Shown in pieces: positions 55,816 through 64,000 of a DNA stretch of 64,000 nt. Within the stretch, counting starts at the first letter, position 1. Every line of letters starts with the position of its first letter. A program made the translations under genes and the position numbers. Where the stretch lies: the IMG/VR virus record IMGVR_UViG_3300037067_009972; one strand, written 5' to 3'. This DNA is from an uncultured virus (IMG/VR IMGVR_UViG_3300037067_009972). Lineage: Duplodnaviria; Heunggongvirae; Uroviricota; Caudoviricetes. Under the pieces are notes generated by a model, which searched no databases, had not been told where the DNA came from, and saw only the letters and a program-made list of their open reading frames with translations.

Positions 55816-58684
55816 TAGGTTTGAAATCTATGACATCATTATAGAATAGTTCAAGTTTATTTGGCTCTAAACCTAAAATCAGACGATCTATTATATCTAT
55901 TTCGGCTGTCTTTGCCAGTTCAGTTCCTATTGGTTTCATCTTCATTAATTTATGCATTTGTCCCAGCGCAAAAGTTCCTGTTGCACCGGCTAAGAATGGA
56001 TGACGACGGATAAAGTCTCCAAACTCTGTTATCGGCTGTCCTTGTTGTAATTTTGCTTCTTGAGAACCAGCATAAACGTATGATGCTGGAACCGATACAA
56101 GCAATCGTTTCAAAAAGTGAGGTCTAACCACAGCCGCAGTCTTATTAAACATAAGTTCCTGAACTCCCACAGTACCGGCTGCTGCTGCGCCTAGTACGAT
56201 TGGAATAAGCCACGGTTTTGATAATAAAAATTTTTCAAATGCGCCACCTGTAGCAACAGACTTTTCACCAAGACCCACATTAGACATCAATGCGTTGTAA
56301 CCTATATACAACGCGCCCAACCCAAGCAACGGCACTAAAGGATTCTTTGTAGGATTATATACAGAATCTTCCGGTCGTTTCAAGGTTGGAGCATGAATAC
56401 CTGGATTTATAGTAATCGCTACCGGAGTAGATGAAGCTAACTCCGCACGCTTTACCAAAACACGTTTTATAACATGAGGAATAGTTAATGATATGCCTGG
56501 AGCCCAGTGCGCAATTTTCTGCGCTAGTTCATCATTAAAGTTATTATAATTTACATCGGCAGGGATTTCCGGATCTTCCTCTATATCCATCAATAAGCGA
56601 CCTTCTGCTTCAGCTGTTTTTGCTAAATCTTCTTTACCGCCCTTTGACAACACCATATATTGAAATTCCATTGGTGTCGGCATCATACGCATTCCCAACA
56701 TAGTAGAAAAGATTTCTGCAGAAGAATATTTATCAAGTACTTCTTTCAATTCTTCTTTGGGAATCGGTTGTTGCGATGCATAGATTAAACGTTTTGGATC
56801 GTTATCGACCGAAGCTATTGTGCCATCAATTATTTTATTAATGGCGGACTCTTTTATTCCAGATGCTTTTAGAAATTCTTGTGCTATAACAGCAGAAGGT
56901 ATTTCTGGTTGTACTGACGCTACTTTAGCTAAAACACTTGCAGTTCTATCTGCAGGTATGCGAACAAAACTTATGTCAAAAAATTTTAGATCCGTGTCAT
57001 TGATAGCATAAACCTTTCGCCCATCTGATAATGTAAGTCCCATTTGATTTCTTAAATGTTCACAATAGTTAGAAACCTTTTTACTTTTCTTACCACAAAT
57101 GCTACAGGTATCGTGCGGTACTTTGACGCCCATAGACACTGCAGGATAATCGCCTTTTTCTATGCGGCCTAAAACTTCTTTTGCACGTTGATTATCCAAC
57201 TCAAGTACTAACTCAACTCTATGCATGTCCGGATTAAACACGGCTATCTTAACTTGGCCGAAACTTTTTTCTGGATCTTTATTACAATTATGTACTACAC
57301 TATCTTCGATTAAATAAGAATGAGAATTTGTTTCTAAATTATAAACAGGTTCAGAGATTACTTTTTCATTTATAGTCTGAATTTTATTTAAAATATAATT
57401 TTTGTATATTCTATTAAACTTACGATGAACATTTACACGAATATTTTTTTTACGGCTGTATTTAACCAAGTTTTTTGAATACTGACTTTCTACAGCGACA
57501 CACCCCGAACCAGAAGATACATACTCTTTTCCACCCCCAACTGTAAAAATACATGAAGGAGTATCCCAATTAATTGTCGTCGGCATATTAAACATATTAA
57601 TTAAATCAGAGAGCATATAAAGCATCTGTTTAGAACATGAACGTATTCTTAACTGCCCGATATTTTTTCCAGTAGTGGGAATATGTCCATCTCCTGAAAT
57701 ATACGCCCCTAATATATAAAGTAGCGATTCTTGATCAAGGGCATATATTTTTTCAGTAAACCGTTTATTTTCTTTTTTACCTACAATATATTCCGATAAT
57801 TGTGCGTGTAATATTTTTGAAGTATTACTGATTAAAACACAATTTGTTTTGTCCACAATATATGTACGCGGGATGATTCCTACTTCAAGTAAACATTGTT
57901 TAACAGCCTCGATGTCTGCGACGTTATCTTTCGCAAACGTAAATTGTATTGATTTATTATTCGTTCCTAAACATCCCTCAGACGCCACCCACCCAATTAA
58001 TTTTGCGAATGCAGGAGGTAAGACAATCGTTCCAAATTGTTTTATAGGTGTTAATAAATAATCTCCCGCAACTAATTGTTCGGCTGATTTCCATACTGGG
58101 GAACCCATCTCTTTTTTACATTTCTTAAAATGGCATTTGAAATTACCCGTATTTCTTGAATAGCCGTGTTCACAATGAATTTCGTTTCTAGGAAAAACTA
58201 GTATAGGATGATCGGGAGTAACAGTTATAGTATTTAATTTTCCACGTAATTTTAATTCTAATACAGATCCTTTGTATTGCCTAGTGTATATTTTTTTAAC
58301 TTCTGTTATTTCCTGATTATCGGATAATACCTTATTACCTGCTGTAACTTCTTTAATGGGTAACCTTTTTCCGTTGTCCATATTTACTAAGGTAGTACCT
58401 ATAAAACAATGATGCTTATAGGCATGCCCAAGCTTTTCAAAAGTTTTATGATCCCGAGCCAGAGGCTCATCGGGGAAATAATCTCCGTTACGGTTTGCAC
58501 CCCAAAATTCGCCCGCACCCATAGCGTTAACAAGCACATAAGTCTTTTCTGCCTTCTTCTCAAGATTAGAAAGACGCGTTTTTAATTCCGCAGAATATTC
58601 CGCAGTTTTGATTAAGCTGTCAGACCAAAATTGAATATACGTGCCAGCATTATTATGTAAATCGAAACTTGTGAATTTGATCAT
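55802..58684 (-). CDS. putative prohead maturation protease containing an intein
   Basis: N.NGD.F, H|CNKD, VSMG.KV..D.CSICG, YCEH, FFDIS.V..PAD; position upstream of scaffold and MCP. Confidence 0.75.
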   Translation of the reverse strand: MIKFTSFDLHNNAGTYIQFWSDSLIKTAEYSAELKTRLSNLEKKAEKTYVLVNAMGAGEFWGANRNGDYFPDEPLARDHKTFEKLGHAYKHHCFIGTTLVNMDNGKRLPIKEVTAGNKVLSDNQEITEVKKIYTRQYKGSVLELKLRGKLNTITVTPDHPILVFPRNEIHCEHGYSRNTGNFKCHFKKCKKEMGSPVWKSAEQLVAGDYLLTPIKQFGTIVLPPAFAKLIGWVASEGCLGTNNKSIQFTFAKDNVADIEAVKQCLLEVGIIPRTYIVDKTNCVLISNTSKILHAQLSEYIVGKKENKRFTEKIYALDQESLLYILGAYISGDGHIPTTGKNIGQLRIRSCSKQMLYMLSDLINMFNMPTTINWDTPSCIFTVGGGKEYVSSGSGCVAVESQYSKNLVKYSRKKNIRVNVHRKFNRIYKNYILNKIQTINEKVISEPVYNLETNSHSYLIEDSVVHNCNKDPEKSFGQVKIAVFNPDMHRVELVLELDNQRAKEVLGRIEKGDYPAVSMGVKVPHDTCSICGKKSKKVSNYCEHLRNQMGLTLSDGRKVYAINDTDLKFFDISFVRIPADRTASVLAKVASVQPEIPSAVIAQEFLKASGIKESAINKIIDGTIASVDNDPKRLIYASQQPIPKEELKEVLDKYSSAEIFSTMLGMRMMPTPMEFQYMVLSKGGKEDLAKTAEAEGRLLMDIEEDPEIPADVNYNNFNDELAQKIAHWAPGISLTIPHVIKRVLVKRAELASSTPVAITINPGIHAPTLKRPEDSVYNPTKNPLVPLLGLGALYIGYNALMSNVGLGEKSVATGGAFEKFLLSKPWLIPIVLGAAAAGTVGVQELMFNKTAAVVRPHFLKRLLVSVPASYVYAGSQEAKLQQGQPITEFGDFIRRHPFLAGATGTFALGQMHKLMKMKPIGTELAKTAEIDIIDRLILGLEPNKLELFYNDVIDFKPIDIK
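57287..58408 (-). mobile_element. intein with LAGLIDADG homing endonuclease (374 aa)
   Basis: Starts CFIGTT; block B TPDHP; LIGWVASEG and LGAYISGDG; ends VYNLET...VVHN before a +1 Cys. Confidence 0.93.
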
Positions 58685-58700
58685 TATTTGCTCTGCTTTG

Positions 58701-59276
58701 TTACGATGAAAAATCTCCGAAGGTCATAAACGACGGAATCATTTTAGTAGGTGCTTCAGTTATACCACTAAGTACCGTGCCTAAGGCAGAAGCTGGTGCA
58801 TTCTTCTTTGCTTCCGCAGTTTGTTTTTGTATCTGTGTTAATTCATTCACCGATGCCGGCAATGGTCCGCCTGCCACGTGATCATATTGTAATGCTTGTC
58901 TTATATAAGCACCCGCAGTTAATGGATTAGTTGCTACTGTCGGAGAAAAATGCAGTAAAGCTTCAAAATACAATTTTGCACGATCTTTATTATCAGAGAG
59001 ATCTGGATGTAATTTTACCATCTCTTTAAATAGATCTTCTTTACGACTCTCTATTTGATTTTTTTCATAGAGCCCTACACCGATTTTTGCGCCGGCTGCA
59101 GCGACACCCATGCCAGCACTAACAGCCAACCCTGTTGCAAGATACCGCAAAAACGTATTAATATCTCCTCCAGCATTTTTTTCTAATTCTGTTTTAAATG
59201 CTGCAGCCTTAGCCATTGTGCTAGGTTTAATCTTTCCTTCTTTATACAATTGTACAAATTTTGATAGTGATGTCAT
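58701..59276 (-). CDS. head-module protein with hydrophobic segment
   Basis: AFKTELEKNA, GLAVSAGMGVAAAG; GAGG RBS. Confidence 0.7.
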   Translation of the reverse strand: MTSLSKFVQLYKEGKIKPSTMAKAAAFKTELEKNAGGDINTFLRYLATGLAVSAGMGVAAAGAKIGVGLYEKNQIESRKEDLFKEMVKLHPDLSDNKDRAKLYFEALLHFSPTVATNPLTAGAYIRQALQYDHVAGGPLPASVNELTQIQKQTAEAKKNAPASALGTVLSGITEAPTKMIPSFMTFGDFSS

Positions 59277-59277
59277 A

Positions 59278-60222
59278 TTATCCTCGATACCTCGCTGGTA
59301 TTTGATTAAGCGGGTTTTGTTCACGTTTAATACTTTCTTTGGCTATATATGGCAGTGCTAATGCTCCTGCACCCGCTCCTACTGCAAGGCCGGTACCGAA
59401 TACTGCGGGCTTACTAAGAATAGCTTTTACTGTGGCACCGATAGCACCACCCATTTTATATAAAGCCCATTCTTCTTCTAGTTGAGATAAGCGCTCTTGT
59501 ATTGTTTTAAATTCATTTGCTATTTTTACAAGTTTTAATGATTGTTGCACTAAAGGATGTTTACCATTTACCGGGTGTGTCAAAGTTTCTGCAGTTTTAT
59601 TTAATGAGCCGATTGGCATATTAGGAGTTAGTTCTGCTTCGATTGCTTTTAAAGTTTCTGTAAATATAGGATCTTCATTTACACTTAATGCATTAAAGAT
59701 ATCATTATATGGTGTTCCACCTAGAACAGCTTGTTTAATCATATCACGTAAACTAGCGGTTTCCTGTGAAAACAAATGTTGCCCCTCTAATAACAACCCA
59801 GTCAGATTAGCTTCTGCCGCTTTAAATCTCCAATAATTTTTTAGCTTTCCATCTTGTGATGCAGGTTGTTCTTCTTCGGCAACTTTTTCAAAAATTGGGG
59901 TAATCTCTGGTGTTTCATATCCAGGAGCATCGAAATAATCCGATGCATCATCAGATACTTCTGCTACTTTCGTAGTATGTAAATTGGATTGAATCACAAC
60001 AGGATCGGCGACATCATATTGTACATATCTATCTGCACTTTTGTTAACCAGATTAATATAAACATCTGTATTTGCAGCTTCTACAACCCTGGCTATTTGT
60101 TGATTATTCAAACCGTTATCAGAAGCAATCTTTGTGATCGACCCATTTAGTGACTTGCCGTCTCTTAAATAATCTGTTGCCGCTTGTTTGGCAAAGAGTT
60201 CCAATGTGTTAGTCGATATCAT
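59278..60222 (-). CDS. head-module protein with many KxA motifs and a C-terminal hydrophobic segment
   Basis: SITKIA...LN..QI.RVVE.AN; at least six KxA sites. Confidence 0.75.
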   Translation of the reverse strand: MISTNTLELFAKQAATDYLRDGKSLNGSITKIASDNGLNNQQIARVVEAANTDVYINLVNKSADRYVQYDVADPVVIQSNLHTTKVAEVSDDASDYFDAPGYETPEITPIFEKVAEEEQPASQDGKLKNYWRFKAAEANLTGLLLEGQHLFSQETASLRDMIKQAVLGGTPYNDIFNALSVNEDPIFTETLKAIEAELTPNMPIGSLNKTAETLTHPVNGKHPLVQQSLKLVKIANEFKTIQERLSQLEEEWALYKMGGAIGATVKAILSKPAVFGTGLAVGAGAGALALPYIAKESIKREQNPLNQIPARYRG

Positions 60223-60244
60223 GTGTAATTAATTCTCCTATGTA

Positions 60245-60273
60245 AATATATACAAATTATAACAATTAGTCAA
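60245..60273 (-). promoter_or_regulatory. sigma70-type promoter
   Basis: TTGACT-17 nt-TATATT. Confidence 0.65.
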
Positions 60274-60433
60274 GATCTCTAACGTTATAAATACTTTTAA
60301 GCTCATTCTTAAAAGACGCGAATTTCCGGTTTGCGTCAATACCCTTATGTAAACCACCGGGAGTTACACGTTTCATACCGATAGCCTGTGTTGCTCCCGG
60401 TTCTATTCTACTATTGTTTGCTTGCTTCGTCAT
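60266..60433 (-). CDS. small hypothetical protein
   Basis: MTKQANNS...SFKNELKSI. Confidence 0.5.
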   Translation of the reverse strand: MTKQANNSRIEPGATQAIGMKRVTPGGLHKGIDANRKFASFKNELKSIYNVRDLD

Positions 60434-60444
60434 AAAAATTTTTA

Positions 60445-62028
60445 TCAATTATTGAAATCAGTGGCACGGTAGTATAATTCTGCAGCCAGGTCTCCGTAAA
60501 GGAGGCTGTGGAAGGTATCATCTGCTGCAGATTTAATATATCTATACGTGTTCTTTTCTTCGTTGTATTCAATCGCAATAGCCAAGATATCTTTCGCATA
60601 ATATTGAAAGTCACTCCATTGCGGGAATATAATCTTCCGCTGTTTTATTTTAGTAAATAATTCAGTCATCACTGTATTGCGAGCTAACGTATAGGCATTT
60701 ATATGGCCATTAAACTGGCCCTTCATCTTTTGATTCGGAACATGCTGAAAAGCTATTAAACGATTCTTATCATGAAGTCTAGCACGAATCTCAGCATTTA
60801 CTGCTTCACCAAAGCCGGCATCAGCCCCAATTAATGTGCAGCCCCACTTATAGAACTGCTGTGGTATATAATCATGAAGATAAGCATAATCTGCTTCTTT
60901 GCCTTCATATTTATGTAGATAAAGTACTTCTGTAATTTCTCCCCGACGCTGTATAATAGTTTGAAGCGTCTTAGACATTTCACTATTTATCGGACCCCAA
61001 TCTATACCTAAAAAGTTTGGATAATTTAATGCATACTTATCAGGTTCTCGCCGCATAGGCCCGCCCGTACAACATGCTTTTATCTCGTCCTCTGTTACAG
61101 GCGCCACGCCTGCATCAAACGGTAAACCCAAATACTCGTTAAAAAATATTCCTCTGGACTTTGTCTGAAAAGGAATAAATACGTCAGTCTGCCAGTTCAC
61201 CCAAGGTGCATGCGCGAACATTAAAACACTAATACGAAAACCTTCAAACAAGTATTCGCCGGTTACAGTAGATTTTTCTGAATCTGGGTTAGTTCGAACC
61301 CATTGACCTTTACGCGCGTCTAGTTTACCGTGACAATACCGACAAGCTAAGCCCCAAGGTTGTATATTTTCTTCATCAAGATAATTATGCTTTCCGCAGT
61401 GGTCACATTTAGCTATCCATTCATTTCTTGTTGTTACCCGCCATCTATTGGCTAACGGACCAATAATATGCTTAGGTGTTCCAGCATATACAGAGTGTTT
61501 ATAATAAGATCGTGCCATAGTCTGTTCTATAACATCGATATTATCGTCCGGAATATCTTGGACTTCGTCTATTAAATTTGTATCCGCGGAAATACCACGA
61601 ATACGATCCGCCGTAGCCGATCCATATCTTAGATAGACTACTGAACCATTTAAGAAGCGTTTTTGAAACACGTTTTGAATGGTAGAACTGCTTACAAAAT
61701 ATTTTTTAAATATCGGGCTTTGTTCTATGACGGTATCGACCCTATCGTACGAGAATACACGTACTTGTTCGACGGTAGGAGAAACTGCCAAAATCTTAAA
61801 GCCACCTTTATGCTTATTACCCACATAAGGCATGATTGCACATTTTGCCAACATAAGATTAGCCAATGTAGTTGATTTAGCGACCTGACGAGATGTGTGT
61901 AAACATAGTTTCATGGGGTCAATGTCGTAGATCATCTTCATGTGTGGATAATCTTCCAAACTGAAGGGTTCGTTATTAAGATAAAAAAACTTTTGTACAA
62001 AGTCTGATAATTTAAATTGTAATGGCAT
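60445..62028 (-). CDS. terminase large subunit
   Basis: RQVAKST (Walker A-like), RIRGIS, DEVQD, GTP, CxxC pairs, GIDWG and DD..H nuclease motifs. Confidence 0.88.
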   Translation of the reverse strand: MPLQFKLSDFVQKFFYLNNEPFSLEDYPHMKMIYDIDPMKLCLHTSRQVAKSTTLANLMLAKCAIMPYVGNKHKGGFKILAVSPTVEQVRVFSYDRVDTVIEQSPIFKKYFVSSSTIQNVFQKRFLNGSVVYLRYGSATADRIRGISADTNLIDEVQDIPDDNIDVIEQTMARSYYKHSVYAGTPKHIIGPLANRWRVTTRNEWIAKCDHCGKHNYLDEENIQPWGLACRYCHGKLDARKGQWVRTNPDSEKSTVTGEYLFEGFRISVLMFAHAPWVNWQTDVFIPFQTKSRGIFFNEYLGLPFDAGVAPVTEDEIKACCTGGPMRREPDKYALNYPNFLGIDWGPINSEMSKTLQTIIQRRGEITEVLYLHKYEGKEADYAYLHDYIPQQFYKWGCTLIGADAGFGEAVNAEIRARLHDKNRLIAFQHVPNQKMKGQFNGHINAYTLARNTVMTELFTKIKQRKIIFPQWSDFQYYAKDILAIAIEYNEEKNTYRYIKSAADDTFHSLLYGDLAAELYYRATDFNN

Positions 62029-62037
62029 TAGGATTTT

Positions 62038-62304
62038 CTATTTCCAATTCATTTCTTCTTCGTATCTGGTATGTCGACGAGGTGTTTTAAGTTTACCTGT
62101 TCCTTGTATTTTAGATCCACGACGATCCACTTCAAACTCCGGACCTAACAATTCTTTTATCTCTCTATTTAATGCATTGTTTTGTCCAGTACGAAATAAT
62201 TTTGCTTGTGTGTATCTGCCCAATTTATTTGCCTTTATAAAAGCACGTTCTAATAGTTCAGAACTTAGCCCTATTTTCTCCATTACTTGTTCTGCTTTTG
62301 TCAT
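62038..62304 (-). CDS. hypothetical basic protein (TAG stop in frame with terminase)
   Basis: 88 aa; ATGA overlap with the upstream gene. Confidence 0.65.
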   Translation of the reverse strand: MTKAEQVMEKIGLSSELLERAFIKANKLGRYTQAKLFRTGQNNALNREIKELLGPEFEVDRRGSKIQGTGKLKTPRRHTRYEEEMNWK

Positions 62305-62639
62305 TTATCTCTCAATTCGTCTAATGTGCGCTGTTTAGAAGGACGAGTAATTTTTGCAACTTCCCCTTTAATTTTTTTAGGTTTAATTGTCGGGCCAAAT
62401 TTAATACCTTCTATATGAAAACGCGCACCACGTGTTGCATCTTTTGCAACTTTATCTTCAGCCGGATTCATATGATATTTCAATGCTTTATATGTATTTT
62501 CTAACAACTGTGCAGCCTCACGATGTGCACTAGTATTATGCTCTATATAAGGATCAAATAATTTTTCCAATGGACCCGCTGTTTCTAAAAATTTTTTACC
62601 AGCTTTTGTAGTAAAAACTTCTTTATTATATATTCTCAT
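62301..62639 (-). CDS. hypothetical basic protein
   Basis: 112 aa, AAGGA RBS. Confidence 0.65.
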   Translation of the reverse strand: MRIYNKEVFTTKAGKKFLETAGPLEKLFDPYIEHNTSAHREAAQLLENTYKALKYHMNPAEDKVAKDATRGARFHIEGIKFGPTIKPKKIKGEVAKITRPSKQRTLDELRDK

Positions 62640-62663
62640 TTGGTTTTCCTTTAATAACTTTTG

Positions 62664-63059
62664 TCATCCTGGTTGTTCCCCGGTAATAACTGGTGGTGCG
62701 TCCATGCGAGACTCACGTAGATCTCTCGCTGTGTTCTCAAGTACTTCTTTTCTCGTTTGGGTATTTTGACGTGTTAAATTAATGATCTTACCAGCTGCCT
62801 TTTTCATGGTTTCCAACTTAGACAAGAAATCTTCCATTATCTTTAATCCGGAATAGTACAGAGGATGCTCAGTTAAATGATCCATTGCTATTTCTTTTTG
62901 TACCTTTGGATTATCCGAGTGTTCCCGTTCTACTTTTATGCCCATTGCCAGTTGTTTAGGGTCAACCTGGTAAGGTTTTTTATGTGCTTTCGCGGACATA
63001 CCCTGATTGCCACCAGCTACCAATTCTTCAGCTAATTTATCGAATATATTTTGTGTCAT
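62664..63059 (-). CDS. DUF5661-like protein
   Basis: QL.MGIKVE.EH......EIAMDHL.E...YY..L pattern. Confidence 0.7.
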   Translation of the reverse strand: MTQNIFDKLAEELVAGGNQGMSAKAHKKPYQVDPKQLAMGIKVEREHSDNPKVQKEIAMDHLTEHPLYYSGLKIMEDFLSKLETMKKAAGKIINLTRQNTQTRKEVLENTARDLRESRMDAPPVITGEQPG

Positions 63060-63511
63060 ACGTTTGTTAAGCGTTTATCTAACTCATTCCGAAAGCTAAT
63101 CATCTGTTCATGTTTCTTTAGACCTCGTTGATCATACTTATGCATATCCTTTAACATCTGCTGGGGATTATGTAAGAAAGTTGGTGTTCTATGTAACGAC
63201 GTATATAAATCCTCGGCCATACCCTCATATATTTTATGCATTTTACCGGCCTTATTAACTGCCGCTCCAAGCAACTTATTACTGATAGCCGTTTTCTTCA
63301 TCGCTGGTTCAGATTCTTTTGTTTTTATATACTCACTGGCTACGCGAGCTGTCCTTCCATAATTACGATTACGTAATACGATCTGGGCATAACGTCTCCA
63401 TACCGCTTTTTGTTTATCAGCCGACATATTTCGTGTTAATGATTTAACAAAAGGATCACCCGACGCTATGGTATATTCTAAACTTGTATACTTATTTTCT
63501 TTTTTTAGCAT
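63056..63511 (-). CDS. hypothetical basic protein
   Basis: 151 aa; MKKTA motif. Confidence 0.65.
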   Translation of the reverse strand: MLKKENKYTSLEYTIASGDPFVKSLTRNMSADKQKAVWRRYAQIVLRNRNYGRTARVASEYIKTKESEPAMKKTAISNKLLGAAVNKAGKMHKIYEGMAEDLYTSLHRTPTFLHNPQQMLKDMHKYDQRGLKKHEQMISFRNELDKRLTNV

Positions 63512-63543
63512 TATGCTATTCCTAAAAATTGGTCAACACTTCT

Positions 63544-64000
63544 TTATTCCCGTACAGGAAGACGTTTAATTACTTTTGATATTTTTGTAGTACCCATTAA
63601 AGAACCAGATGACTGTTCAACAGATCCGCCATCTTTATGAGATGTGAATGCAAAAGGTCTTTTATCAAATTCTCTTTCTTCTGTAGGGGACGTAAATAAC
63701 TCTGCAATAGGCCGTGACGCCCTGATTAATTTTTTTGCCCCAGTTTTAAATAAGCGACGTTCTGCTTCTGCAACTGTAGCTTTATCAAGTGGAAATGTTT
63801 CTTTACGCTCCTGAAACCAACCTTTAAAGTCTTTCTTCGTCATACCTTTAGTACGATTTACTCCATACCAATCAGCTATGGATTCCAATTTCGTTTCCAT
63901 AGGTACATCTTCAGGATGTTTATGTAGAGCTCTCCAATGATGTGGATTACGCTCATAGTGATTACCCACTTCTTTTTTCCACTCCATAAAAACCTTGGAA
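63544..64000 (-). CDS. DUF5662-like protein, probably 5'-truncated by the window edge
   Basis: H...NPHH and E.IADW motifs; frame is open to the window end. Confidence 0.55.
   Translation of the reverse strand, partial: SKVFMEWKKEVGNHYERNPHHWRALHKHPEDVPMETKLESIADWYGVNRTKGMTKKDFKGWFQERKETFPLDKATVAEAERRLFKTGAKKLIRASRPIAELFTSPTEEREFDKRPFAFTSHKDGGSVEQSSGSLMGTTKISKVIKRLPVRE

Noticed and set aside
383..61875. Many short antisense or overlapping ORFs in the track (for example 383-814, 10393-10851, 13068-13493, 39644-40153, 44575-44937)
   Set aside because: They lie inside well-supported genes on the other strand or frame and have no recognisable motifs.
1..64000. Genome-wide TAG reassignment (code 15)
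   Set aside because: Long genes on both arms are uninterrupted in code 11, and several genes end plausibly at TAG.

Overview
This is a gene-dense, AT-rich segment of a large contractile-tailed (myovirus-like) phage genome with two convergent arms that meet at a bidirectional terminator (~22742-22778). The plus arm (1-22737) holds host-takeover and replication genes: the thyX 3' end, a cysteine hydrolase, a CCA-adding enzyme, nadD, about 10 tRNAs (including an amber-suppressor CUA and two CAU tRNAs with long variable arms), tmRNA, a Pth2-like gene, two ubiquitin-like/E1 modules (one with a JAB peptidase), an OmpA/ABC-transporter operon, a lytic transglycosylase, a sigma70-type factor, a family A DNA polymerase split by two group I introns, and a dNTP diphosphohydrolase. 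The minus arm (22792-64000) is the virion module: terminase, intein-containing prohead protease, scaffold-like proteins, major capsid protein, fibre and repeat proteins, neck, sheath and tube. It is interrupted by an ~11.5 kb nucleotide-sugar/glycosyltransferase cluster, a SNF2 helicase and a DNA ligase. The best candidates for new biology are (1) an amber-codon leader-peptide switch controlling an unknown gene plus pth2 next to the amber suppressor tRNA, (2) phage-encoded ubiquitin-like conjugation, (3) branched-sugar virion glycosylation and (4) a pervasive K-x-A motif in head proteins. All protein calls come from motif recognition by eye; no database searches were run.
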